A stretch of 64,000 bases of DNA from Botryllus schlosseri (GCA_051294905.1 CM119375.1:13392001-13456000), one strand, 5' to 3'. Numbered from the stretch's first letter, positions 40,701 to 51,691 are shown. Numbers and translations: made by a program. The notes: generated by a model from the sequence alone, not told the origin.

Positions 40701-43700
40701 ATGTATAGAAGTTTCTCAGATTGCGGGGACAGATTATACCAACGTGTTACGTACAATACCGAACACCATACTTAACACGGGGGGGTCTCAAAATAACAGA
40801 TACCTTGAAAAGCCCTGATTTTGGCATGTTCATTGATCCAGTTCACTTAGCACTCTGTGTGAATTCTTTGGAAGATATGATGCGTTTCATAATTTAGGTC
40901 AAGCTGTATCAGGTCATCCGTATCCCATGTTACGCGCCGTTGACCTGTGATATTTCATAACTCTTCCATTGTTCGCAGTTTTTGTCCTGTGTGCAATATA
41001 CATTGTAAACTATTGTCAACGCAGCTAGTACTGAAACGAACTTTGCAATTTTGCCAGACACGCAAGTTCTCGCAGACCGAGGAACAGATAAAACAAAAGC
41101 AAATGGAAATGGCCCTTGGACAAGGCGATGACTCGGTGGTCCAAACGACCACGAGGCGGAGACAGCGCGGCAGAAACTCCAAAGGTAGGTTCCGACACGC
41201 CATTTACGTGGCGTACTTACAATGGCTTTATTTCGTTTCAAGGCAGCAGTCTTAGAACATTACTAGAGCACCAAATTCTTCAAAGAGGTTTGGTCGTAGT
41301 CGGTTAGATTCACATTTAGCTACTGCCAATCACACTCTAGCACAGTATCATTAGGGCTGGGCATAATCATGTACCGTGGGGGGATCGAGTATTTTACTAT
41401 TGCCTATTATGACATCAAAGCAGGATGAATATGTACCTTTTTTGCGGAGAAAAGAAAATAAGAAAATAGGGCCAGCAAAAATAATTAAGAATTTCTTGTT
41501 TTGGACACTATGATACCACCAGTTGAAGTTTTACTCCAATGGTGTGACGAAAGTATAGAGTATATTTTTGATACAGCAACTCTTAGTGCACAGTGGGTTT
41601 ATTTTAGTTGTTTGAAAACATAAACTTTCACTGCTCGACTCAGATCACTGGAATTTACATGAAACTCAAATATTTGGAATACCTGAGTTGTTGTGCCCAG
41701 CCCTAAGTAGCCTATAATTCGTACGTTCAACATAGTTTTAGTAATTCTCATAATTGCATTATTGAGATTTTGTGACAACATACACCATTACCGCATTTTT
41801 TTATTTGATTCGCTACACTGGCCTGTGTAGAGGCCTCGCGTTGTCTGATTCGAGTGTTTTTTCGCTTGTACGTATTCTGTAACACTTGATGTGTAGTGAA
41901 AGCCTGGGTGCTTGATAGAGAACCGGCGATGCATGTCCAAGTATGTGTTTGACGTTTGTTTAGCGTTGACTTTCCCATTGTCTCCGGACGCCTGCGTGCC
42001 AATTGACGCGCTCTCTGTAATAGTATTGCCTGTTTTTAGTCGTTGCTATCCTGTGCGTTTCCGTGTGCCGCACTGCCCCGGAGTTGAGATTACTCACACA
42101 TGACTAACTACATTGCATTTTGCAATTCGATCAGTGTAATTCGGAGTTGTTGGATTTGTTTAACATGTTGCTGAGTGACTCGACGCTTGCAACGTTGTGC
42201 TGCAAGCAGATTTCCAAGAATTTCTGCTCGCTTGATTACTTTCTCTTCATTCTATATCCTGCATCTAAATCCGCGCTACGCTACGACTTGCAACGTTGTG
42301 AAATTCTACCCGTGTTCATACGGTCAAAGTATCATTTGATGTGTTGTTTTATATATTCATATTCAATTCAAAGCACGAAGCATTGGCTGTGGAGAATTAG
42401 TCCTACGTTTTCAAACTGCCATCCATCCCGAAATGTGTAGGGTAGATTGTCGTATGTCTAGTAGACCTAGGTTTCTAGAACTAGGCTACCTTCAGAACAT
42501 TGGCACTCGGATAATATTATTTGAAAAATCTCATTTGTGCTGAGACATGAACCCTCAGCCTATGGCGTACCTGGATCTCGATCTGGCTTACTTGTGTCTG
42601 TGCCTTAGTTGCCCCTCCCCCGAATCTACTTTTCGGGACTACTCAACTACTTTTCATACCTTTACCTTCTGCTTCTAAGTATGGTTAACACACTTGCGAA
42701 TCGCCAGTTTTACTTGTAATTGAGTAGAAATTTACATTTTTGCTTCTAACATGCTACTCGAGGACCAGCAACAACTACTTTGAGCTTTGACTATCTCCGC
42801 CAGTCTTATATTGATGACTGGTCCTCGAAATGTTCACCATACGGCGTCTAGGCATGTTGAATTAACTAAGTGCTATATATATCACAATTCATGCTCGTAT
42901 TCAGGAAACGTTCATTTTCAAATTCATGAATGCAATATTGATTCATCGCTCTCATAATAAGAGTTACAGTGTATTACAATTATAATGCCTAATTCACCAA
43001 GTGCCGTGTATCAAAATTCAGCTCATATTAAGTGAAACGTTCGTTTCATTATTAAAAATAGTTATTAATAGTGCTGAATTCAACGTGCTGGATTCACTGG
43101 TAACCCTACATATCACACAGGAAATGATGAAGCCTCTCCTAATATTCCGAACGGACACGCCGACGCAACTTCCCCCCGGAAAGAGCCGCTCGACATTACC
43201 TCATCGGTCAGGCGGCGAGGGTCGCGAAAAATCGTCGACGACCACTCCGACGAAACGATCATGGACCAGCTGGTGAAGGCGGCCACGCAAACGCCTCACG
43301 AACGCCAGCGCAGAAGACGGGCGCGCAACTCTTCAAGGAAATCGCGTAAGTGCTCTGCCGGTTTGAAAGGGAAATTTTGCTATCCCCGAGCGTCTAACGA
43401 TTTGTGAAGTTCAGGGACACGAGAGCGGGGATTGTTGGCAGGCAGACGGTTGTCGCGAAGCAACTTGGGCGAGTCCGACGATAGTCTCGAGATACACAGA
43501 CATGATTTAGGAAGGAGATAACGGCGTGTGTTGTCTAACCGAGGCCGGCGAGATGTGTGGAGTGTTGTTGAGCTGAATATTCGTGATTTATCTTGTGGTT
43601 TGTTACTGACTTATCAGGAAAGATTACTGATGTGTAGTTGCCCAGGTGGAAAATATTGACAAAATATAATCAATGATATTTGCGCAAGCTGCCTTAGCCA

Positions 43701-45206
43701 GGAAAGGTTCATACGCAGACAGACAGTTTATTGAACAGTAATTGCAATGAAAATACAATACGTTTTGCTACGACATCCTTAGGAGGTGCTGCACTTCTTC
43801 TAGTCAACTGCATTGATGGACTGTGAGTGATATGCATTACTGAGTTGGAATCTGTTTCTTCTATCAAAAAGATTTCAAATAAAAGTTGAATGGCTGTGGG
43901 TCGATCAGATAGAAGAAGTTATGATATCATTGGAATGAGTGATAAGCATATTAACAGAGGAATAACGTTGGAGGATAAATGAATATAGCGAGTTGTCAAT
44001 TTAGAGATTATTAGCAAGTTTTGAAATTACGGTATCGAATCATAAATACTAGTTGGTTTTAAAAAAAACTACCAGACGGTCGTACCGTCCTCGTATCATT
44101 TGGTATTACTTCGAAGGACAACGTCGTATAATAGTTCCGTTTTTTTTAAGCCAGCTGCTTCCCAAATTTCTCGAGTGGGCCAATTTGGCTGTTCCTGTTT
44201 TGAGATCGGTATCGATGGTAACCCTGTTTATAAGACTAAAAATTCGATGATCATTAAGCTTCGGGTTGTGATCATCGTTTGGGTTTAATATGATTTGTGT
44301 GAGAATTTTGGAGTGAGCAGGCAATGAATAGTTGCCAGTGATACTGACAAGGAAAACATTGGTGAGTCACACTCGAATGCAATGCAGATGTTTAGAAAGT
44401 TGACTTCAAGATATGGTACGTCCAATGATAGGTTGAGGAATTCATTCATCAATTAGCTTCAGAGTGACCGTGATGCTCAGCACACATTACAGGCAGTTGC
44501 AAACAATTTTTACTTGCATAAGGAACTGCAGTGAAATCTCAATAATTAGCGCAACCAACTTGAGTCACAAGGGAAGGAAATGCGACAGACCACCTCTCCA
44601 ACAGAGTCACTGTCAATTCCCGTGTAAAAACATTTTAGATTGTGATAGATCCCATGAATCATTTGCTCGTTGCGCCCATAGACTCGAAAATTATTTGAGA
44701 CCGAAATGCTCAAAGATTCATTCCAGTCATAAAGTTCATTGAATAGTTGATATGGAAAGATGCACGTTCGGTACTTCATCGTAGTTACATTGTACGCCAA
44801 AGGGCGGCAATTTCTTCTATCAATATTACATCAAGTTGGCCGATGCGATATATAGTCTATATATGTTAATTCACCAGATACCGGACAAAGACACTCTGCT
44901 TGTTTCGCACTTACGCCCCTGGCTAAACATTTATACGTGTACATATCGTATTCGCAGTTCATTTCAAAACAACAAAGAGGATTCGGTTATGTAATAAAAG
45001 TCACACCCTAGCCAATGGCACCATACATTCGTCGTTATTGCCCTCATTTCCTTAATATGGTGAAACCCACATAAACGTGTTTCGTGGAGCAAGGTGAATT
45101 CGGGAGTAAATGTAGCGTACTAATTCCAATCATTGTTACAGTGCGAAGGACGCTGAAGCATGGTCTTACGGACGAAGAAAAGGCTGTTATCATGGGAAGC
45201 ATTTGA
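10742..45206 (+). CDS. FHOD3: FH1/FH2 domain-containing formin, FHOD1/FHOD3 pro-ortholog (GBD-FH3, linker, FH1, FH2, DAD), 1347 aa core isoform
   Basis: Exons: 10742-10948, 11517-11620, 12178-12236, 14078-14145, 14888-14993, 15401-15495, 16126-16237, 18368-18546, 19903-19962, 22165-22232, 26157-26522, 27381-27500, 28063-28109, 28699-29327, 30795-31070, 32143-32268, 32920-33075, 34131-34313, 35934-36053, 36112-36273, 37234-37424, 38355-38547, 41058-41184, 43121-43345, 45142-45206 (sum 4044 nt, phases consistent). Motifs: [22 protein letters not shown]...[35 protein letters not shown], polyproline FH1, [39 protein letters not shown] core [10 protein letters not shown] and [10 protein letters not shown]. 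Linker exons (22165-28109) are less certain than the domain exons. Confidence 0.96.
18880..19070 (-). repeat. Copy of repeat family A (arm of the foldback element at 35332-35730)
   Basis: Reverse complement matches gaaat(g/a)aacccgaatattttt-ggctgacactcgt-aggggtaatcgtcagcaact seen at 35358-35412 and 48656-48710. Confidence 0.85.
20282..20772. mobile_element. hAT-type MITE with GACTCGAGTC-like subterminal repeats
   Basis: TIR CAGTGTTGGGAT (20282) / ATCCCAACACTG (ends 20772). Degenerate TSD gtccatag/ggacatag (6/8). Many gagtcaagtc motifs near both ends. Confidence 0.85.
24851..25511. mobile_element. hAT (Charlie-like) non-autonomous element
   Basis: Left end CAGTGGTTCCCAACC, right end GCGAAACACTG. 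Perfect 8-bp TSD TACTAGGT (24843-24850, 25512-25519). Confidence 0.88.
25890..26075 (-). mobile_element. tRNA-derived SINE, decayed
   Basis: Minus strand reads gatggagcgtccggct...gtaggtttaatccctggccgggttagaccaaagac...gcttggctctcagcatt: tRNA-like head with a degenerate B box (GGTTTAATCCC) followed by a SINE-like body. Not a functional tRNA. Confidence 0.65.
29880..29950 (+). repeat. Copy of repeat family B (also about 32660-32720 plus and about 33545-33600 minus)
   Basis: Shared core gctttt(t)atgagtgaa...gtgtgaaata(a/g)ccc in two forward copies; inverted copy gtgatagggggctattt...actcataaaagc at about 33547-33598. Confidence 0.75.
30208..30739. mobile_element. hAT-type MITE with GACTCGAGTC subterminal repeats
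   Basis: TIR CAGGGTTGT / ACAACCTTG. Near-perfect TSD tgttttac/ggttttac (7/8). Same subterminal palindrome as 20282-20772 but different termini. Confidence 0.85.
31418..31960. mobile_element. MITE with long imperfect TIR (TAGGGTT...AACCCTA)
   Basis: tagggttgttcaaaaataactttt...ggggattcactgat (31418-31466) is imperfectly inverted at atcagtgaatcccc...aaaagttatgttctactaacccta (31910-31960). No clear TSD. Confidence 0.75.
34373..34562 (+). repeat. Diverged tandem duplication, period about 110 bp
   Basis: gagccttgaa(c/t)ttct(g/c)aattt(t)(c/t)aaact(c/g)ttcag...actctagttc...cctttgccac occurs twice. Confidence 0.8.
34612..35133. mobile_element. hAT-type MITE with AAAAGTTGCA subterminal repeats
   Basis: Ends TAGGCAAGTTTTTG / CAAAAACTTGCCCTA. 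Perfect 8-bp TSD ATTATGAG (34604-34611, 35134-35141). Confidence 0.9.
35332..35730. mobile_element. Foldback / long-TIR element, repeat family A
   Basis: Arm 35332-35502 is the approximate reverse complement of arm 35529-35730, with a spacer of about 26 nt. Inner 60 nt: gatcaaataagtgagtgttcaatgtactattttaagatggtccacaaactccatttgttgac vs gatcaaataagagagtgttcgatgaactatttcaagatggtacacaaactccctttgttgac. Confidence 0.85.
37482..38131. mobile_element. hAT (Charlie-like) non-autonomous element
   Basis: TIR CAGGGGCGGCCAACC / GGTTGGCCACCCCTG (14/15). Perfect 8-bp TSD ACTTTGAG (37474-37481, 38132-38139). Confidence 0.92.
39042..39092 (+). CDS. Candidate 51-nt in-frame cassette exon of FHOD ([17 protein letters not shown])
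   Basis: About 45-nt CT-rich pyrimidine tract ending TCAAG, then an open phase 0-0 exon ending GTT|GTGAGT. It lies between the exons ending KMITE and starting TRKFS. Confidence 0.75.
41352..41705. mobile_element. hAT-type MITE
   Basis: Perfect 12-bp TIR TAGGGCTGGGCA / TGCCCAGCCCTA. Degenerate TSD agtatcat/agtagcct (6/8). Confidence 0.85.
43415..43521 (+). CDS. Candidate alternative terminal exon of FHOD ([35 protein letters not shown])
   Basis: 69-nt intron 43346-43414 with CTAAC branch-like motif and TTCAG acceptor. Phase 1 matches. Open for 35 codons to TAA at 43519-43521. Exon-like GC/CpG content. AATAAA at 43878-43883. Confidence 0.55.
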
Positions 45207-47490
45207 TATTCACCATGACATGATGTTCGTTGCTAATTTCATTAAACAGTGCTATACGGTTGAGTGAAAGTGCGGTATATATCGACTTTTCATTTTTGCT
45301 TGCTAATTTATGTTCGATCTTGTATATTCGCTGCGGTAAAATGTGGTTATTGTTATACTAACTGCCTTATGCAATTAATTTCGATTTTCGTTTGTGAATG
45401 CGATACCACTGAATGACGTGCATGGTCCTTGAACTCGAAGGTACGAACTCGAAATATGTAGTCCATGTAACATTTGCGCCGTTTTGAAAACATTTTACCC
45501 AAAGTATCAACGTGCAGAACGCACTCTCATCGCACTTAGCAGGACAATATTGTGTCTGTAACATTATCGTCACTCGAACCAGTAAATATCTCAGTCCATA
45601 TCAGAGTATTTATTTACATAGTGTTAAAAGGTATTTACAGTGTTCGTTTGACACGCCTTTCATCTTTGTTTTTCTCTAATATCAACGATTGTACTTCTTG
45701 CATTGCATTGTTATGAACGTTTGCTCTCGAAATACATGGATTCGTCGCTTATGGGCTATGCTGTGATTTAAATTTAGCTCGATGTTCTTCAGTCAAAAGT
45801 TTAGGTTGTTGGGGCATCACATCCCAAATTTTGCAGAACAGCGTTATCTGCGCATTTTTGCGGATGAACATACACATGCAATTTACTTCTTCTATTGAAT
45901 CTATTTAGATGCTAGCCTACCTGACAGCAGTAGTTCTGCAGGACCGACGTATCCAGTGAGCTTCCGCGGTTTTAATAATGAATACAGAATTTTTGAAAAC
46001 ACAGTTAGCCTATCATAATCTACTGTGCTATACACGAACTTCTGCAGACCACTGTTCTACATTAAAATGTTAACGGCTCTCATTGCTATTATTTTAGATT
46101 ACTAACTAGTGGAAGCCACGTTTATAACCAATGGCACTCCTTTTGGAATGTCTTCCACGTTGACTCGGTATTTTTAAGACGGATATCCGCCAGAATAACA
46201 GTATCGTGTATTAGGTGCAACAGTAATTTCCGTAAATATAGGCTTACCTAATACCTATTCACTACGATGCTTCCCTATCAGTTATCATTTCTCTTCCATA
46301 ATAGTAACTGTTCCTCTCAATTTCGTGACGCAGCGATCAAAATATCAACATGCTAAGACCATTGATGTAGTTGATGACTACTCCAATCTACCGTATGTAT
46401 GTAGCTAGATAGTTTCCTTACTATGAATAGCATGACGGTTGCTTACCAATGCAAGTCCTAGTGAAATATCTGTCGTTAAGTCATCATTATATTGCAGCAA
46501 ACAATATTGAATATAGGTAGGTCATCCGCAGTGATCACTGACCATCACAACTATCAGATAAGTCAACGTTTCTTGAATCAAAACTTTCTTGCCGCAATTA
46601 CTTATTAATCATATTCTGTCTGCCTGCAGGCGACAAAATGCATTTAGCGCCGTAGTTCATACATGGTCATGAAGTACGTTACACAATGCACGCCATGACA
46701 AAGAGACATTTGAGACCCACCTACACGACCAACTCAACATGACCCGTTGTAGAACACGTCACCTCAGCATATGTCATCCTACATGTAGGCCTGAAGAAGA
46801 ATAGACGAAGCATTACAAGTCATTCGTATCCCTGCATGTCACCATTTATTCCATATCATGATTTCAGTATTTGCCAAGCGATGATTTGATCAGATTGCTC
46901 ATCAATAGCCCAGATATTTTTAGTTTATGACAGTGCTTTAGTCACCAACATGATGATGGCGGCGGAGGAGGTTAGCCAAATATACATTGTTTCCACACAT
47001 ATCCAATTACATTTAGTTACATACAGATTACCAGTGTGCAAAATTACAACAGCTCAATATATCAGCTCAAAATATGCGTACATGTTCGAAACTTGTATGA
47101 TGACAACATATACATAGAGACAAATGACAAATCTACCCCAATACAAATATACACACAGTTTACAAGATAATGAAGACATAGGTTAGTGCAGACAGTCACA
47201 GTATAAGCTAATATGTATCACCACAAAAATATGCTTTCTTTTTTTTTACTTTTTACATCTTGTACAGATATCTTTGAACATAATTGTTGAATATATACAA
47301 AACTAAAACTCAACTTGTTAGTAAATACGATCTAACGAATAGAACAGATGCAGTTGTTGTTACAATTAGGATGCACTTATGTTACATAATGGAATTCAAT
47401 CTAGGTTATTATCGATATGCTATCAATAGTATGACGTAAATACCAATTGATCAGTTATTGATACTATAATGACCGCCTACGCATGCACCA

Positions 47491-48079
47491 TTAAAATTTC
47501 CTCGGTTGGTGGACGATTTGACGCATTTTCTGGTTAGCCTTGGAATTGCGGATGCAAAACACTTGGTTAGACCTCTTCATTTGGTTCGGGCGTTGGCGAG
47601 ACATATATCTTGCCGATACCCGTTGGTTCTTCTTAGCTTTTGGACACCTTAAAAACGCACAAATCAAGACCAAATCCAGTCATAACAACAAAATCCTAAT
47701 TATATGCAAACAGTGTTACCTTATGCGTCTATCGACAGCTGGCATTACAGCGCGATCCGCCACAGGAATATCCCGCAACCTGCCATCCACACTTTCACTC
47801 ATCGACCAATCCAAGTTGCTGAGGTTTTCTGGAGTGTCAACGCACTGATAATCATCCTCTGCAAATGAAAACGATATTAGTACACGATCTAACCCAGATA
47901 ACCTGTATTTAGTTACCTGTTTTGTTGTTGCGTTTGCTGACCACATCTTCAATGTTAGCCACATCAACCACGGTCCAGTCGCCTTCCTCTACTATCCCAA
48001 ACGTAGGGTCTTGCCGACCATTACTATCAGGTGACGATTCCGTTCCATATCCAATATACTGGGCGATGAGATTGAACAT
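47491..48079 (-). CDS. TP53INP1: TP53INP/DOR-family autophagy and transcription regulator, divergent, 152 aa
   Basis: Exons 48079-47917, 47858-47720, 47647-47491 (introns 58 and 72 bp, GT-AG, phases 1 and 2). Protein: MFNLIAQYIG...FGIVEEGDWTVVDV (acidic W-x-x-V LIR, compare EDDEWILVDF of TP53INP1) ...basic C-terminus QMKRSNQV...IVHQPRKF (compare LRRQNLTR...VVHQP). The symbol stands for the TP53INP1/2 family, not a 1:1 ortholog. Confidence 0.82.
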
Positions 48080-48361
48080 GACTCGTCACACAATTTGCTT
48101 TTGCGAAGTCTTCGCTATCACACCGATGCTGTGATAATTGAGGCTACGGTTCAACAACTATCCCAGAACTTTTAACGCGGTACTATTAATAGTAACTCCA
48201 CTGGATCAACCAGTCCAATATCCTTCCGGCGGCTTTTGAACTTATTCGCAACAACGTACAGAGGATTGACCTTCACAAGTAGTAAGCTGCGTCCTTCTGC
48301 TTCAGCTATGGGCGCTGTCTCTTTGTTGCGGATCGATACGACCTTTGTTTACGACGATCAG

Positions 48362-48430
48362 CTGGGACCAGTAGAGCGAAACGAAAACATTAGGTTAGCG
48401 ACGGTCTCCCGAGTTCATTGTACGCTGTAC
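48362..48430 (-). other. Putative 69-nt 5'UTR intron of the TP53INP gene
   Basis: Donor CCAG|GTACAG, branch-like CTAAC, pyrimidine tract ttttcgtttcgctct and acceptor CCCAG. No ATG between 48361 and the start codon at 48079. Confidence 0.6.
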
Positions 48431-48621
48431 CTGGTGACGATCGTAAATCTTATTTTATTAAACTCGCGTAGATCTAACAGGCCGAATGAATAATATCCTA
48501 GTCACTACGGATATTGCTGGTGTTAACGCTTTCACTGTGAGCCACTACATTCGTCATTGCAATAAGCCATGATCAATTATACGATGACAATATTAATGTC
48601 CTATGGGCTTCTTCCTAAAAT

Positions 48622-48842
48622 ATACAACTGAATAGTATATTCAATATTCATGTTGAAATGAACTCGAATATTTTTGGCTGACACTCGTCAAGGGTAATCG
48701 TCTGCAACTAGTAGAGAATTGGAAAGAACATTGCATATCAACAATCGTATATCAAAATATGACGTCACGAGCATGAAATTTCGAATAAGAGAGCGTTCAA
48801 TGTACTATTTTTTAGATGGTATACGAACTCCTTTTGTTGACG
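48622..48842 (+). repeat. Single arm of repeat family A just upstream of the TP53INP gene
   Basis: Aligns by eye over its length to 35332-35502 and to the reverse complement of 35529-35730. Contains TGACGTCA at 48760-48767. Confidence 0.85.
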
Positions 48843-51499
48843 CAGCCTTGGCTGGTGCATTTTGATAAAAGTCGACTCCAAGGCACACAAATGAAAGTGT
48901 GAACGACCCCTTCCAACGACGCGAAATCAGTCGTATCGATAATTTTTCGCACACGCGTGATTGCCCATGCTTGCCAATGGCAGAATTTATGGCCTTAGAT
49001 TGCTAAAATATACGCTTACAAAATGATGTTATTGGGGGCCTAGTGATAAAGTCCCAAGTTTCGTATAATCATCAAGTCGAATAAAACAATCCATGTTGTG
49101 TATATTGCTCTTATTGAGACGACGACCGGCATTCATCATTGGTTTATTAGCAATTTTATTGGTTCAATACACCACAAAAATGCGATACAATGGAAAGATA
49201 GCAAGGTTTCGAAGCGACTTGGAGTAGTCTATTGAATCAGGCACCCACCTTGGCCTAGGCAATGTAAAGAGGAGGCATGCACACTGAATGAAAAGTAAAG
49301 AAGATAGTATAGAAAAAGGCAAGCAGCAAGAAATGGGGTGGCATGTCTTGGAAGGCGAGGTCGATAGGTCAGTCGTGGTCCGGTAATCTTGAGAATGGAC
49401 TAATATTCAAGATTACATTCAGTTCGAAATTTATGCTGGAATCATCAGATCATTGTGTGGAATTTCACACGATATAATATGAATACGCAGATTTACAATG
49501 ACAGTTATATTTCGGGGAAATTTATTCAAGATATCTCCAACCTGAGGTGCCGTTCACTGGCTGTAGCAGCCTATGCATGATGCGAAGGGATATTGGAATC
49601 TCTTAAATATTGAAATTATGGTCATTCAAGAATCATATTTGGAGCGCTATTTATCTGATATGGTGAATTTTGAACTTGCCTCAAAACGTACAACTTCCGC
49701 TTGTATGGGCATGGGCAATTCCCACTGCACAGTACTTCTGCAACAACTGCCCCCCATTTCAATGACTACCGCAGATATATGTTATTTGCGTATGTCACAT
49801 TTACAAAAAATAATGCTGCATGCAAGTCATCATCTGTGTCTATCTATATGTGACGCGTCACTTTCCATCCCAGGCCGTTGCAAGCGCAGGAGACCCAGTA
49901 GCAATGCTATATATATTGTTATTAATTGGCGACTGGCCACATTTCGCGCAAGTCGAACTTCAACGTATGCTAGCTTAGCTATTGGCTACGTTTTTTTAGT
50001 GGACTAAATGTTCACTCAGTCAAGTCAGGCAGTCGTTTTTTGAAATTGTTATCAGATCAAAACGCCACAATATTGCGATATAATTAAAGCAAAGATAGGA
50101 GGGTGTTGAAACGACTTCAAGTATATACACTATACAGTCTTTTATACAATCAAACATCCACCTTCGCGTAGAGCAGTGTGTTCCTGACCTTATTTCTAGC
50201 GCGGACCTCTAAATTTCTTTGAATGGATGCATATGGACCCTTACCCCCTAACCGCAAACTTGGGAAGCTGCAAAAAAATCATTACTTTCGCTAGTGAGCG
50301 GTGAGAATACAGAACAAAATATAATCATAAGTCAAAATAAGGACCGATGTTATAAAGGTCCCCAATGTAGTTTTGTAACTGTCGTTTTAATTAACACTGG
50401 TCTTTATTCACGGAGCCCTTAAAACTCGCCCGCGGACTCCCAAGAGGTTCACGGACCCCAACGTTAAGAACCCCTGACCAAGAGACAGGCACAGTGGATG
50501 AAAAGTACTGACACCAGGGATATCTAGAACGTCTATAGATATCCCTGAAAGACACCATACTATTTCCTGTGGTCAATTTGTCATTTAGGTCTACTACGAC
50601 GTCACTGTGTTGGGCACTATAGTGATTACTACAATATGGTTTGATCATTAATATGTGTCGACATTTTTTCTCACACAAACTGGTTTGAATTCATGATAAG
50701 ATTTGTCGGGCATTGGTTGCTCTGAAAAACGCCGTCGGAGACCGTTGGGGTGCTTTAGTGTAGGGATAAGCAACGAGCGGGTACGGAAATATTATGCGAA
50801 GGTATTTCGGGGCCAGCCCCTATCGCGCCAGGACACATGAAGGCATGGAGTTTTGGCGGGCATACGGCTGGATATGGATATAGAAACTTGGCCGATATTG
50901 ACCGTCGTTGGTTGGCCAAAACTTTCGATATTCATATATCCGGTCGTCGAAATGGTTGGCGCCGAAGAGTCCCCTCCTTGCAATCTGAGTAGACAGTAGT
51001 ACAAATGCGACCCCCATAGGACAATATAGTACCCCAATTTTAAATAGCGTGGGCCAGACATGTTTCATAGAGCTGCGTTGCGTAGAATTGTTGTCTGCGC
51101 GTTCGTGATGCATGTCCGTGAAAATGGCGCATACCAATATTGAAAATGTATTTTCTTTATGTGTGAGGCTTGGGTCGCGAGATGGCATTAAAACTCGGCT
51201 TTGCGTCGAGGTCTAAAAGTTTATGAACCACTGATCTAGAATTTATTCAGTTAGGTAGGCCTACTGACTGTGTGTCGACTCGAATGTACATGGGCGCTGG
51301 GCAATAATTGGGCATGCTCGGCGATTGTCGGATAGCCGTCGAGATCCTCTTCCACGTGTAGGACTATATATGGTTCGGCGTGTAGGCCTACTTGATTGAG
51401 TGATGTCCTTTCATGTAATTCGTACTGATCATATAGCAGTTGGGCGACGAGGACGCGCATGTGTCGCACTCACTAAACACAGACACTAATAGCCCATAC

Positions 51500-51691
51500 C
51501 ACTGGTTCTCAATCGGGGTACCGCTTGAAGATGAGGTGGAGGGTCATCGTGGTTGTCATATAACAAAAACCAAGGACATCCAAATTCCAGCTTCCAAAAT
51601 CTTTCGGTCATGGTACTGGAAGTGCTGGAGTGCCGCGAACTATCTTCCATACCAGAGGACGCCGTAAGGTCAAAAAGGTTGAGAACCGCAT
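51500..51691. mobile_element. Degenerate Charlie-like MITE
   Basis: Ends CACTGGTTCTCAA and TTGAGAACCGCAT resemble the CAGTGGTTCTCAA hAT terminus. No TSD visible. Confidence 0.6.

Noticed and set aside
51056-51319. p53 response elements upstream of TP53INP (AGACATGTTT at 51056, GGGCATGCTC at 51310)
   Set aside because: Isolated half-sites about 250 bp apart; a functional element needs two adjacent half-sites.
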